Below the pieces are notes generated by a model, which saw nothing but the letters and a program-made list of their open reading frames with translations, searched no databases and was not told where the DNA came from. From positions 6,038 through 70,037 of the forward strand of contig CAYFPM010000003.1 of the NCBI GenBank assembly GCA_964345045.1: a stretch of DNA of 64,000 nt, read 5' to 3'. Both the position numbers and the translations under genes were made by a program. Shown here one piece after another: positions 18,533-28,199 of the stretch (the stretch's first letter is position 1; each line of letters begins with the position of its first letter). Origin of the DNA: an uncultured Gammaproteobacteria bacterium (GTDB taxonomy: Bacteria > Patescibacteriota > Patescibacteriia > Magasanikbacterales > UBA922).

Positions 18533-19606
18533 CTAGCTAATCAAATCGTTATTTAGAGGAGTCCCTTTTTCTATATCATCTTTTGCATTTTTACCCAATA
18601 TTTCTTCTAAGAATTTTGGAGCCATACCAGTGCCAGGACGAATAATCCTCAAATTTTCTTTGGTAAACTTTTCACCAGCCTTTATATCTTTTACTACAAA
18701 AATAGATTGACGCAAATGTTTGGCATTGTATTCTTCTTTTTGGTTGGCCGGGCCGTAATGCACTTTGCCCAATCTTTTTTCAACTTCACGAATTTTTTCT
18801 ATCATTTCTTTTAATTGTGTTGGGGTAACCGAAAAATCCGAATCAGGAGTCTCCCCCATATTTTCTGGTACTACATGTTTTTCTATAAATTTGGCTCCTG
18901 CCAAAACAGCTTGCGCAGCCGTATCAACTCCTCCAATATTTTCGGAAAATCCTGGAACAATATTATATTTATTTTCCAAATCTTTAATTGTTTTCAAGTT
19001 GAGAGTTTCGTACTCCGGGATTTCGGAATAAGTAGTACTACAATGCATTACAGCCAAATCCTTGGTACCGTTTTCACGCAATGTTTTTATAGCCAAATCT
19101 ATTTCTTCTTCATTTGCAAAACCAACAGACATAAGCACTGGTTTGCCAGTTTTGGCTACTTTTTTCAAAAGCGGGATATGTGGAACTTCGTAAGAAGCAA
19201 TTTTATACATTCCTACGTCGATCTTTTCCATAAAATCTACTGAGGTAAGGTCGTACACTGTAGAAAAAAAGAATACGCCAGCTTTTTCTGCTTCTTCTTT
19301 TAACTGGGGCAACCAATCCCACGGGGTGTAAGCTTTTTTATACAAATCATAAAGTTTCCACCCTTTCCAAGGATTTTCATCGCCTTGCATTACAAAACCT
19401 GTCTTGTCACAATCTATTGTTAGTGTGTCTGGAGTATATGTTTGAAATTTGACAGCATCGGCTCCGGCAGCGGCAGCAGCATGAATCACTTCTATTGCTT
19501 TGTCTAATTTTTGATTATGATTGGCCGAGACTTCGGCAATCACAAAGCATGGAGCATCACCACCAACTTCCCTATCCCCTTTTGGAGTTTTTAAGATAAA
19601 TGACAT
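18533..19606 (-). CDS. nonulosonic acid synthase (NeuB/PseI/LegI family) with C-terminal SAF domain
   Basis: CFVIAEVSANHNQKLDKAIEVIHAAAAAGADAVKFQTY signature of the NeuB family. Confidence 0.85.
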   Translation of the reverse strand: MSFILKTPKGDREVGGDAPCFVIAEVSANHNQKLDKAIEVIHAAAAAGADAVKFQTYTPDTLTIDCDKTGFVMQGDENPWKGWKLYDLYKKAYTPWDWLPQLKEEAEKAGVFFFSTVYDLTSVDFMEKIDVGMYKIASYEVPHIPLLKKVAKTGKPVLMSVGFANEEEIDLAIKTLRENGTKDLAVMHCSTTYSEIPEYETLNLKTIKDLENKYNIVPGFSENIGGVDTAAQAVLAGAKFIEKHVVPENMGETPDSDFSVTPTQLKEMIEKIREVEKRLGKVHYGPANQKEEYNAKHLRQSIFVVKDIKAGEKFTKENLRIIRPGTGMAPKFLEEILGKNAKDDIEKGTPLNNDLIS

Positions 19607-19759
19607 AAGTAGGCTATTGATTTTTTAAAATAAAGTATTTAGTACAGTTAACTTTTTACAAACTACTTAGTTAGAGCTTGAAATAATAATTTCAATTTAC
19701 TTACTTTGTATGATTGAACTTCCGTGTTTTAATGTTTAAATGTTTTCATGATTTAAGGA

Positions 19760-20515
19760 TTACCCTCTCACATTAGCATTATGATGCGTTAAATAATTAC
19801 GCGCCATAATTGGACTCTGGTCGGTAAAATTAAAAATACTTCCGGCAGCTACTGCAGTAGCCCCAGCTTCGAAACCTTTTTGAAAATCAGACAATTCTCC
19901 TACTCCACCGGCAGCAATAACAGGGATAGAAACATTTTTTGTTATCGATTTTACCAGTTCCAAATCTAGCCCCTGCATAGTCCCATCAAAATCAATCGAA
20001 GTAATCATTATTTCCCCTGCCCCTAATTTTTCGACTTCTTTGGCCCAAGCGACAGGATCTAGCCCTGTACCTTTTTGTCCGCTGTGGGTATAAACTTCGT
20101 ATTCATTATTTTTATTTTTTTTGACATCTATAGAAACTACTATGGTAGAGCTACCAAATTTTTTAGCAGCTTTTTCTACAAGTCCTTCTATTTCTACGGC
20201 AGCCGTATTAATTATTACTTTGTCGGCTCCGGATTTCAAAATCTCTCTTATATCTTCCAAAGAATTAATCCCTCCACCTACTCCAAAAGGCATAAAAGTT
20301 TCTTCTGCAGCAGCCGAAACAATATCCAAAAGAGTTCCCCTTTTTTCTTGGCTAGCCGATATATCCAAAAACAAAAGTTCATCTGCTCTTTGGGCATTGT
20401 AAACTCTAGAAGCAGTTACAGGGTCCCCTACATCACGAGATTCACCAAACTTAACCGTCTTTATCATGCGACCATTTTTTAGAAGTAAAATTGGAATGAT
20501 TCTGTTTTTCAACAT
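19760..20515 (-). CDS. HisF-like imidazole glycerol phosphate synthase cyclase-subunit paralogue (WbuZ-type, LPS/nonulosonate amidotransfer)
   Basis: RIIPILLLKNGRMIKTVKFG HisF fold, sitting in a glycan cluster rather than a his operon. Confidence 0.8.
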   Translation of the reverse strand: MLKNRIIPILLLKNGRMIKTVKFGESRDVGDPVTASRVYNAQRADELLFLDISASQEKRGTLLDIVSAAAEETFMPFGVGGGINSLEDIREILKSGADKVIINTAAVEIEGLVEKAAKKFGSSTIVVSIDVKKNKNNEYEVYTHSGQKGTGLDPVAWAKEVEKLGAGEIMITSIDFDGTMQGLDLELVKSITKNVSIPVIAAGGVGELSDFQKGFEAGATAVAAGSIFNFTDQSPIMARNYLTHHNANVRG

Positions 20516-20521
20516 ACCTAC

Positions 20522-20818
20522 CTAACTTTTTGTACTCAAATAAGTTTTTAAAGCTTTCTTAATATATTGTCTACCCCAACCAATTTTAAAAAATTTTTCT
20601 CGTGCTTTTGCGTCCTCTTTATGAGAATAGGCTTCATAGTAAACTAACTTAAATGGTCTTCTTGGTGCAGTAAAAAAACTCTTTCCTTCATTGTGCTCAA
20701 CAGATCTTCTTTGTAGATCATTAGTATAACCTGTATAAAAATTACTATCTTTCATACTCTCTAAAATATAAACATAATACATACAAATGTACAAAACGTT
20801 AGACGGGATAATCAACAA
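20522..20818 (-). CDS. GIY-YIG nuclease-domain small protein
   Basis: YVYILESMKDSNFYTGYTNDLQRRSVEHNEGKS matches the GIY...YIG...R...E...N core. It is wedged between, and overlaps, the hisF-like and hisH-like genes. Confidence 0.6.
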   Translation of the reverse strand: MLIIPSNVLYICMYYVYILESMKDSNFYTGYTNDLQRRSVEHNEGKSFFTAPRRPFKLVYYEAYSHKEDAKAREKFFKIGWGRQYIKKALKTYLSTKS

Positions 20819-21410
20819 AGTTTTCTAAAATTTGCAAACCGTCTTTTTGACTTTTTTCCGGATGGAATTGTGTAGCAAAAATATTATCTTTTTCAATAGA
20901 GGCAACGAACTTTTGTCCATAGTCACAAATAGAAGAAACAATGTCCTTGTCTTTTGGTTCAAAATAATAACTGTGAACAAAATAAAAATCTGATCCGTTT
21001 TTTACTTTCTCAAAAATTTTACTTTCCTTTTTTAACTCTATATTATCCCAACCAACATGTGGGACTCGAACGTCTTTATTTGAAAGTAATTTTACTTCTG
21101 CCTCAACAAAACCAAGTCCTTCATGTTCACCAAATTCAAAACTCTTTTGGGCCAAAAGTTGCATCCCCAAACAAATTCCCAAAAATGGTTTTTTGTCCCC
21201 CAAGATTTCTTCTTCCAAGACTTTGTCCAATTCAAGTTCTTTTAATTTTTTAATCCCATCGGCAAAAGCTCCTACTCCTGGCAAAACTATTTTATTAGCT
21301 TTAGCTATTTTGGATTTGTCATTTGTAATCACTACTTCTCCACCAACATATTCCAAAGCTTTGGCAATAGAAGCCAAGTTGCCCATACCATAATCAATTA
21401 TTGCAATCAT
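20799..21410 (-). CDS. HisH-like class-I glutamine amidotransferase (WbuY-type)
   Basis: MIAIIDYGMGNLASIAKALE ... GICLGMQLL ... HPE catalytic-triad contexts. Confidence 0.8.
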   Translation of the reverse strand: MIAIIDYGMGNLASIAKALEYVGGEVVITNDKSKIAKANKIVLPGVGAFADGIKKLKELELDKVLEEEILGDKKPFLGICLGMQLLAQKSFEFGEHEGLGFVEAEVKLLSNKDVRVPHVGWDNIELKKESKIFEKVKNGSDFYFVHSYYFEPKDKDIVSSICDYGQKFVASIEKDNIFATQFHPEKSQKDGLQILENFVDYPV

Positions 21411-22975
21411 AACTGTCTGTATACATTATGTCTGTATTTTGTAGCTTCAAAATCATAATTACTATGCAAATATTCAAAAAACCATTCTGGAATACTTGCT
21501 TCTGTTTCTACTGGTATCAAAATAATTTCTGGCTTATTTTTTGCAAATGAATTGGTAATCTCTTCTACTGCACCAGGATTTTCTACAAAGTAAGAACTAA
21601 AATATCTACCCGGAGCAGAACGTTCGGAGTAATAGTATATTTGCCCATTATGAATTCCCCAGTGGTAAATATAATCTTCTGGATTGGTAATTTCTTTGGC
21701 ATAGATCCCCAAATCTTTCATTGGAGCTTCGTTTAAATTTTTCAAATACTTTCTAGTGGTGTGATAATAATTAGTTTCAAATGGGATATAGAAAAGCAAC
21801 AAACTAAGAATTACACCCACAGTCAAAATTTTCTGATTCTTTTTATCTTTTAAATGAGGCTTTATTACTTTGCCACCAATACCTTGTTCTGTAAGCATAA
21901 TCTTGCCAATAACAAAACTAATCACAATACCAAACACAATTGCCCAAGAAGGAATAAAAGATTTGTAATGATGATCCAAATATCTTCCTTGAGCATTGTA
22001 CATTACAAAATCACTAAGCGCCCAAACCAAAATTGGGATATAAAGAGAAATTTTATTTTTTAATTTATCTTTCAAAACTACAAAGCCCAAAAGAGTAGCT
22101 GTCAAAAACCACAACTTGTCATTGAAAAAATGTCTAAAGAAACCAGAAATTCTGGTAATGGCACTTCCGGCTGTAATACCAAACAAAATCTGCCAAGCCC
22201 CTTCGTAATAATCTTGCCAGGTTCCACCAGACCATAAAATTGGTAAATAAATCAAAACCATAGCCAAAACTCCACCAACGGCACTTAACAAAAATTGTTT
22301 AAACAAAAATCCAAACTGTTTGCCACCTAAATAAACATGAAAAGCCAAAAGTGGGAAAGCATCTAATAGCGCAATTTGTTTGGTAGAAACTGCTGCCCCA
22401 AAAGAAGCTCCACTAAGAATTATCCATAAAGCAGCTTTGTTTTTGGACTTTGCAACATAAGCAAGAAGTACAAACCATACCGACAAAAGTCTAAACAAGT
22501 TCATAAAAGTTTCTGTCTCGGCAAAACCACCGTCTACACTAGCAAGTGGCATGGTAAGCATAAAAATAATAAGGGCAAACAGAGCAGCTCTTTTTTCGCT
22601 TAATCTTTTGGTAATATCATAAAGAACCAAGCCAGACAAAACTACAAAGATAATAGCCAAAAATCTTGGGAACCAAACATTAATCCCAAAAAGTAAGTGT
22701 GATAATGCAAACACCAGATAAACAAATGGTGTCTTGCTTTCTACTGTCCCACTATATGGCAATATTCCTTCGTCCACCCAAACTCTACCCATAAATGCCC
22801 AAGTGCCCTCGTCGTTTCCCATAGGCAAACCCAAAAAAGAAACTATAGAAAGTAAAAAAACTCCCAAAACCAAAATAAAAATTTTGTTGGTAATTAAGTT
22901 ATATATTTTGTCCAAATGTTTTGCTGCTTTCATAATTTTTTTGGAATATTTTACATTGAAAGTTTTTTTCTTCAA
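21407..22975 (-). CDS. GT-C fold membrane glycosyltransferase (ArnT/PMT family-like)
   Basis: Multi-TM N-domain with a first-loop DE motif (GNDEGTWAFMG) and a C-terminal soluble domain. Confidence 0.6.
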   Translation of the reverse strand: MKKKTFNVKYSKKIMKAAKHLDKIYNLITNKIFILVLGVFLLSIVSFLGLPMGNDEGTWAFMGRVWVDEGILPYSGTVESKTPFVYLVFALSHLLFGINVWFPRFLAIIFVVLSGLVLYDITKRLSEKRAALFALIIFMLTMPLASVDGGFAETETFMNLFRLLSVWFVLLAYVAKSKNKAALWIILSGASFGAAVSTKQIALLDAFPLLAFHVYLGGKQFGFLFKQFLLSAVGGVLAMVLIYLPILWSGGTWQDYYEGAWQILFGITAGSAITRISGFFRHFFNDKLWFLTATLLGFVVLKDKLKNKISLYIPILVWALSDFVMYNAQGRYLDHHYKSFIPSWAIVFGIVISFVIGKIMLTEQGIGGKVIKPHLKDKKNQKILTVGVILSLLLFYIPFETNYYHTTRKYLKNLNEAPMKDLGIYAKEITNPEDYIYHWGIHNGQIYYYSERSAPGRYFSSYFVENPGAVEEITNSFAKNKPEIILIPVETEASIPEWFFEYLHSNYDFEATKYRHNVYRQL

Positions 22976-23040
22976 AAGATTCCTGCCTACCGGCAGGCAG
23001 GTCTCACTCTACGGGTTCGAAATGACAATTTTTAAGTTAA

Positions 23041-23784
23041 TTAATTGCTCATTGTTCTTTGTTCATTGTTCTTTAATTTAACAAAGACATATTTAACAGT
23101 GAGCCAAGTCATACCCAATCCAAGCTTGGCGGCTTTCCAGACAGTACCGGTGTATTGAGAATCTCCAATTCTTGGCAAATACATTACCGGAATTTCTACA
23201 ATTTTTAATTTTCTACGCAAAATCCAAATCATCATTTCGGGAGAAAATTTACCATCCCCTTTGGAGTTTGGAAAAAGATCAATTATTTTTTGCAAAGCAT
23301 CCTTTCTTATTAATCTATAAGTACAACCAACATCTGTAATAGTGTGTCCATTGTGCAGTACTTCCAAAAGTTTGGCCAAACCCCAGTTGCCAAGCCTTAC
23401 CAGCCAAGGCATAAATGCCCCAGACCAAATTGTAGCTCTGGCAGTACGAGTACCAAATACTACTTCAAAATCTTCACTATACAACAAAAATTTGTGCAAA
23501 TCTTTGGCTGTAAAAGTTCCATCTACCTCGGTCATTATAATCAAGTCTCCGGTAGCTTCTTTCAAAGCTCTCATATAACCATGACCATAACCTTGTTTTG
23601 GCTCATGTACATATGTAGCTTTGGTAGCCAAAATTTCTGCTTTGGTATTGCCTACGGCATTGTTATCAACGGCAATAACTTCGTCCACAAAACCAGTGTC
23701 AAAAAATTGATTAATCACTTGCCTGACCGATTTTTCTTCGTTGTATGTAGAAAAAACTACACTAACTTTTTTCCCTCTATACAT
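23041..23784 (-). CDS. family-2 glycosyltransferase
   Basis: KVSVVFSTYNEEKSV ... AVDNNAVGNT GT2 N-terminal signature. Confidence 0.75.
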   Translation of the reverse strand: MYRGKKVSVVFSTYNEEKSVRQVINQFFDTGFVDEVIAVDNNAVGNTKAEILATKATYVHEPKQGYGHGYMRALKEATGDLIIMTEVDGTFTAKDLHKFLLYSEDFEVVFGTRTARATIWSGAFMPWLVRLGNWGLAKLLEVLHNGHTITDVGCTYRLIRKDALQKIIDLFPNSKGDGKFSPEMMIWILRRKLKIVEIPVMYLPRIGDSQYTGTVWKAAKLGLGMTWLTVKYVFVKLKNNEQRTMSN

Positions 23785-23787
23785 AAT

Positions 23788-25011
23788 TTATTTTATCCAA
23801 GTTTCTTGGTCTGGTAATTTTGGTCCGGTTTTAGTTTGTTTAGGATCATGTAGCCAAGGTTTTACAGCATGGCGTTTGGTGATTTCATAAAATTTTTCTT
23901 CGGAAATTTCTAACCAATCCAAAAGAACATCCAAGCTAGCCGGGCGCAAACCTTCCCACTCTTCTATCATTTTCATGCCTTCTTCTCTTGTCAATCTTCC
24001 GTTTCGTATATCTATAGAGGCCAAATGACTCATACGACCATAACCACGTTTGATAAATTTGAGATAATCTTGTACCCCCTGTAATTTATCTTCTATTTTT
24101 TCATAATTGTATTCTGGTGGAACTCCCTCTACCACATCGCCTTGCCAACCCAATTCTTTTTTTATTATCTCTACTTGTTTTTTTACATCCCAAGGTTGGT
24201 AACTCCCCAAACAGACAGAACGACAGTTAATAGCTTTGAGATCTTTTCTGGCTGGATAGGTATGGTATTTCAAATCATTCAAAGTGTACTCTGGATCACC
24301 TGGTTTGCCATATACCGGATCATTGAGAAAACCAACCATGTCTTGAGCCGTGATGCCCATATTTACAAACATATTAAACCTAGTTTCATCCACTTCTTCT
24401 ACTTCGTCGTATTTGTAATAACTAGTGTACTCTGCCGAAGGTTCGCCCCAGATCACCAATGGCACATTAAATTTGATTGCCATGTGCATAGGAAACGCAA
24501 AAATTCCGGTTTCTTGATACCAATAAATATTTCCTTTTCTCTCTAGCCCAATTCGCATTAATTTTTTTACCAACTTCCAATTGGTTTGGTAAGAAATAAA
24601 ATCCACGCCAAGTTTTTTCAAAGTTCTTTCTCTGTTGGCGACAGTCTTTGGGCGGATCATTTGGTGATCATACATTACAACCAAAGGTTTCAATCCATAA
24701 TCGTGAACCAAAGAATAAACTTGGTAAGTACTATCTTTGCCACCACTAAATGGCACAATACAATCGTAGGCATATTTACCACGATATTCGTCTAATAATT
24801 TTTTGAATTCTTCTTTTTTTTCTTCCCAATTTATTTCTTCGTGTTTGCGATCTATATTTTTACAAGCACTACAAACTCCAGCATCATCAAACATGATGCT
24901 TTCTTGTGTCTCTGGCATTACACATCTAGTGCAACGAATTAAATCTTTTGGATTACTAATTATTCTTTCGTTCATATTGTATATTGCTATTATTTTTGTT
25001 TTTTCATCCAA
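23788..25011 (-). CDS. N-acetyl sugar amidotransferase (WbpG/PseA-like, PP-loop ATPase)
   Basis: PFSGGKDSTYQV PP-loop and N-terminal CxxC pairs; it co-occurs with the HisH/HisF paralogues. Confidence 0.75.
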   Translation of the reverse strand: MDEKTKIIAIYNMNERIISNPKDLIRCTRCVMPETQESIMFDDAGVCSACKNIDRKHEEINWEEKKEEFKKLLDEYRGKYAYDCIVPFSGGKDSTYQVYSLVHDYGLKPLVVMYDHQMIRPKTVANRERTLKKLGVDFISYQTNWKLVKKLMRIGLERKGNIYWYQETGIFAFPMHMAIKFNVPLVIWGEPSAEYTSYYKYDEVEEVDETRFNMFVNMGITAQDMVGFLNDPVYGKPGDPEYTLNDLKYHTYPARKDLKAINCRSVCLGSYQPWDVKKQVEIIKKELGWQGDVVEGVPPEYNYEKIEDKLQGVQDYLKFIKRGYGRMSHLASIDIRNGRLTREEGMKMIEEWEGLRPASLDVLLDWLEISEEKFYEITKRHAVKPWLHDPKQTKTGPKLPDQETWIK

Positions 25012-25526
25012 ACCTGATCAAATTTTTTACCATTGTGGTCTAGGGCTTGTTTGTCTGTTTTGTAAATTTCAAAACCAGATTTTTCGTAAACTTTTATAGC
25101 GGCTTTGTTTTCGCTAATCACTCCAAGGTTTACTTCTTTTATACCCAAATATTCAAAGGCAAAACTAACAATCGCTTTTACTACCTCGGTAGCCACTCCC
25201 TTGCCCCAATAATTTCTTTCGCCAATTATTATACCCATTGTAGCACAGCTTTTGGCAAAATCGATTGGTTCTAGTTTTACATTGCCAATATGATTATTAT
25301 TTTCCTTATCAAAAATTCCAAAAAACAAACATCCGGGACTTTCATTTTTTTCTTTTATATAATTTTTCAACTCTGCCAAAGTAGTGTCTCTAGTTTCCAA
25401 ATATTGATTTACAATCGGATCTTTTAACCAGCTTACATATTTTTCCGAAGCATCTGTTTCTTCCAAAACTCTCAAGACAAATCTATCTGTTTCTATTTTT
25501 GTTTTGTAATTTTCTAAATTTTTCAT
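24990..25526 (-). CDS. GNAT family N-acetyltransferase (PseH-like candidate)
   Basis: 178 aa with an acetyl-CoA-binding-like segment NYWGKGVATEVVKAIVSFAF. Confidence 0.65.
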   Translation of the reverse strand: MKNLENYKTKIETDRFVLRVLEETDASEKYVSWLKDPIVNQYLETRDTTLAELKNYIKEKNESPGCLFFGIFDKENNNHIGNVKLEPIDFAKSCATMGIIIGERNYWGKGVATEVVKAIVSFAFEYLGIKEVNLGVISENKAAIKVYEKSGFEIYKTDKQALDHNGKKFDQVWMKKQK

Positions 25527-26650
25527 GCCACCAATTTTTTAACTATATTAATTACTTTGTCTTGATCTTCTGCGCTCAAGTCCGGATAGATTGGCAAAGA
25601 AATAATATTTTCATACAGATCTTCTGCTACAGGGGTCAAACCTTTTTTATAACCTAACTTTTGAAAATGTGGATGGTGATTGGTTGGCACATGATGAACT
25701 TGCACACCTATCCCGGCCTCTCTTAATTTTTTAAATATTTCTCCTCTTTTGCCATGCAAATCATTAATTAATCTAATTACATACAAATGCCAAGCTGATT
25801 TTACGTTTTCATTATCTTTTTCTGGAATTTCTATGTTTTTCAAATTTGCAAAAGCTTCGTTATATTTTCTTACAATTTCTCTTCTTTTGTTTACAAAATC
25901 ATCTAATCTCTTTAATTGACTAACCCCTAGAGCCGCTCCCAAATCTGTAAGTCTGTAATTTTGTCCCAAAAAGTGTTGTTCAAAATACCAATCTCCTGGA
26001 GATTCTATTTCCAAATTTTCTTTGGTAATGCCGTGGGTTACAAACATTTTCATTTTTTTGTAAAATTCTTCGCTATTTGTAAGCACGGCTCCACCTTCGC
26101 CCGTAGTAATATTTTTGGCAGGATGGAAACTAAAAGTTGTAAAGTCTGAGATTGAACCTATTTTTTCTCCCTTGTATGTAGCCCCCAGAGCTTGGCAAGC
26201 ATCTTCTATTACTAGTAAATTATGCTTTTTGGCAATCTCTTTTATTTTTTCCAATTCTACTGGGCGACCAGTAAAATCAATCGGTACAATCGCTTTGGTT
26301 TTTTCTGTAATTTTTTCTTCTATTTTGTTTGGGTCCAAATTGCCATTTGGCAAAGTATCTACAAAAACCGGCTTGGCTCCCAACCACAAACCAACATTAC
26401 TAGTAGCCGGAAAAGTAAGTGTACTTGTAATAAATTCATCTCCTTGAGAAATTTCGGCGGCAAAAAAAGCGGCTTGCAAAGCTGCCGTACCGCTATTCAT
26501 TACTACAGCATAATTGGCACCACAATATTTTGCCAAATTATTTTCAAATTCTGCTATTTTTGGACCCTGAGTCAATCTGTCGGAGCGCAAAACATCGAGT
26601 ACAGCCTCGATGTCTTCTTGATTTATAGACTGACGGGCGTATGGAATCAT
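25523..26650 (-). CDS. DegT/DnrJ/EryC1/StrS PLP aminotransferase (PseC/LegC-like)
   Basis: SFHPAKNITTGEGG with the PLP lysine, 375 aa. Confidence 0.85.
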   Translation of the reverse strand: MIPYARQSINQEDIEAVLDVLRSDRLTQGPKIAEFENNLAKYCGANYAVVMNSGTAALQAAFFAAEISQGDEFITSTLTFPATSNVGLWLGAKPVFVDTLPNGNLDPNKIEEKITEKTKAIVPIDFTGRPVELEKIKEIAKKHNLLVIEDACQALGATYKGEKIGSISDFTTFSFHPAKNITTGEGGAVLTNSEEFYKKMKMFVTHGITKENLEIESPGDWYFEQHFLGQNYRLTDLGAALGVSQLKRLDDFVNKRREIVRKYNEAFANLKNIEIPEKDNENVKSAWHLYVIRLINDLHGKRGEIFKKLREAGIGVQVHHVPTNHHPHFQKLGYKKGLTPVAEDLYENIISLPIYPDLSAEDQDKVINIVKKLVA

Positions 26651-27654
26651 AATTTATCAATTAAATCCATTAATTTTTGGTTATCGAGCCAATCATGATT
26701 GTTGTCACTGGCATAGATATAGCCTTCTCCCGGCACTTTGCCATCGCCATAATTATTTTGGTCCCACCAATCATGCTCTGGCAAAATCACAAAGTGATCA
26801 TCGTATTCTTTGGCATGGCGAGATTCTTCTTCGGTAAGTAGGGTTTCATGAATTTTTTCTCCTGGTCTAATACCTACCATATCTAGTTCGGCATTTGGCG
26901 CTAGAACTTGGATAAATTCTTTTACATTCATGCTTGGAATTTTTGGGACAAATATTTCTCCACCTTTCATACGTTCCATAGCTTTTAGGACAAAAGCTAC
27001 TCCCTGATCAAGAGTGATCCAAAATCTAGTCATCTCTGCATGAGTCAATGGAATTCTACCTAGTTTTTCTTTTTCTTTTATTACATGGTATAGGCTTCCG
27101 CGGCTACCTAACACATTTCCATATCTGGCAACTGCAAATTTGGTTCCGCCTTCTCCAGAGTAGGCATTACCGGTAATTGCTAATTTTTCGGCACAAGCTT
27201 TGGTAGCACCGTATAGGTTGGCGGGGTTGGCGGCTTTGTCGGTAGAGATTAACAAAACTTTTTCTACGCCTTGGTCTAGAGCAGCATTGATTACGTTTTG
27301 GGTTCCCAAAATATTGGTTTTTACAGCTTCAAATGGGTTGTACTCTACCATTGGAACTTGTTTTAGAGCTGCGCCATGAAATACAAAATCTACTATACGA
27401 AAAGCTCTATCTAGTCTTTCTTTATCGCGAATGTCGCCTATAAAAAAACGCAAGCGACCATCTGGATCTGGTATATTGGCTTGCATTTGGGATTGTTTTA
27501 GCTCGTCGCGGCTAAATACTATGATACGAGCGGCGTTGCTATGTTCTAGCAGGATTCTGGTACAGGCTTGACCAAAAGAACCGGTTCCACCGGTGATTAG
27601 GACTGTCTTTCCATCCAAATATGATAATGACATAATTTTGCTAATTTGAGGCAA
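26647..27654 (-). CDS. UDP-GlcNAc 4,6-dehydratase (PseB/FlaA1/CapD-like)
   Basis: KTVLITGGTGSFG and the CapD-like polysaccharide biosynthesis protein layout, first gene upstream of the aminotransferase. Confidence 0.8.
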   Translation of the reverse strand: MPQISKIMSLSYLDGKTVLITGGTGSFGQACTRILLEHSNAARIIVFSRDELKQSQMQANIPDPDGRLRFFIGDIRDKERLDRAFRIVDFVFHGAALKQVPMVEYNPFEAVKTNILGTQNVINAALDQGVEKVLLISTDKAANPANLYGATKACAEKLAITGNAYSGEGGTKFAVARYGNVLGSRGSLYHVIKEKEKLGRIPLTHAEMTRFWITLDQGVAFVLKAMERMKGGEIFVPKIPSMNVKEFIQVLAPNAELDMVGIRPGEKIHETLLTEEESRHAKEYDDHFVILPEHDWWDQNNYGDGKVPGEGYIYASDNNHDWLDNQKLMDLIDKL

Positions 27655-27762
27655 TTATAATGCATTTAAGCTTAGCAGATGTGGTTTTAAAAAGCAAGCG
27701 TAAAACTTGGCTTTTTTTTGGCTAAAATAAGTAAAATTTTAGGAAAAATTCAAGGAGTAATC

Positions 27763-27791
27763 TTGACAATAAAGTTTTTTTATGATATTTT
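27763..27791 (+). promoter_or_regulatory. candidate sigma70-like promoter (TTGACA, 17 nt spacer, TATTTT)
   Basis: Consensus -35 but weak -10, about 100 nt upstream of the GC-rich micro-gene. Confidence 0.3.
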
Positions 27792-27892
27792 TTGCAGTCG
27801 TATAGTCTCTTGCTTGGGTGTGTCATAAGAGAACGGGGAAAGCAGATCGATAACCCCAACCAACTCCCCCCAAGGGAGAAAGGAACTCCTCT

Positions 27893-28111
27893 ATGGCACG
27901 TCCCCTGCACTACGACAAACACGGCAATCCCGACTTCGACTGGGACGATTGGGATCCCATTGCGGAAAGAAAACCGCAACCTCCAATCGTAATGTCGCCA
28001 GAAGAGGCTGCAAGGTATGGAGAACTCCAACTGCGCGCCTGGGAAAGTGACGGTGAAGTCCAAATGTCGGCTCTCGCCGACGAAGAGGGCGAGGAACCCG
28101 AGTCCGAGTAG
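27893..28111 (+). CDS. GC-rich small acidic protein (72 aa, unknown)
   Basis: RBS GGGAGAAAGG then ATG. Strongly acidic DFDWDDWD ... EEGEEPESE composition. GC-rich island only about 300 bp wide. Confidence 0.4.
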   Translation: MARPLHYDKHGNPDFDWDDWDPIAERKPQPPIVMSPEEAARYGELQLRAWESDGEVQMSALADEEGEEPESE

Positions 28112-28170
28112 TAGTCTGGGAGGCCTGGCTTTGTGCATTGCACAGAGCCAGGCCACCACTTACATCAATC

Positions 28171-28199
28171 AAAAAACTGAGTAGACCTCAGTTTTTTTA
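28171..28199. terminator. A-tract/hairpin/T-tract terminator (AAAAAACTGAGtagacCTCAGTTTTTTTAT)
   Basis: Same design as the terminators at 6294, 7799 and 12994. Confidence 0.5.

Noticed and set aside
22985-23035. Possible tRNA fragment (GGGTTCGAAAT resembles a T-arm)
   Set aside because: No acceptor stem, D-arm or anticodon arm can be built; only a CCTGCC/GGCAGG hairpin is present, so it is not a tRNA.
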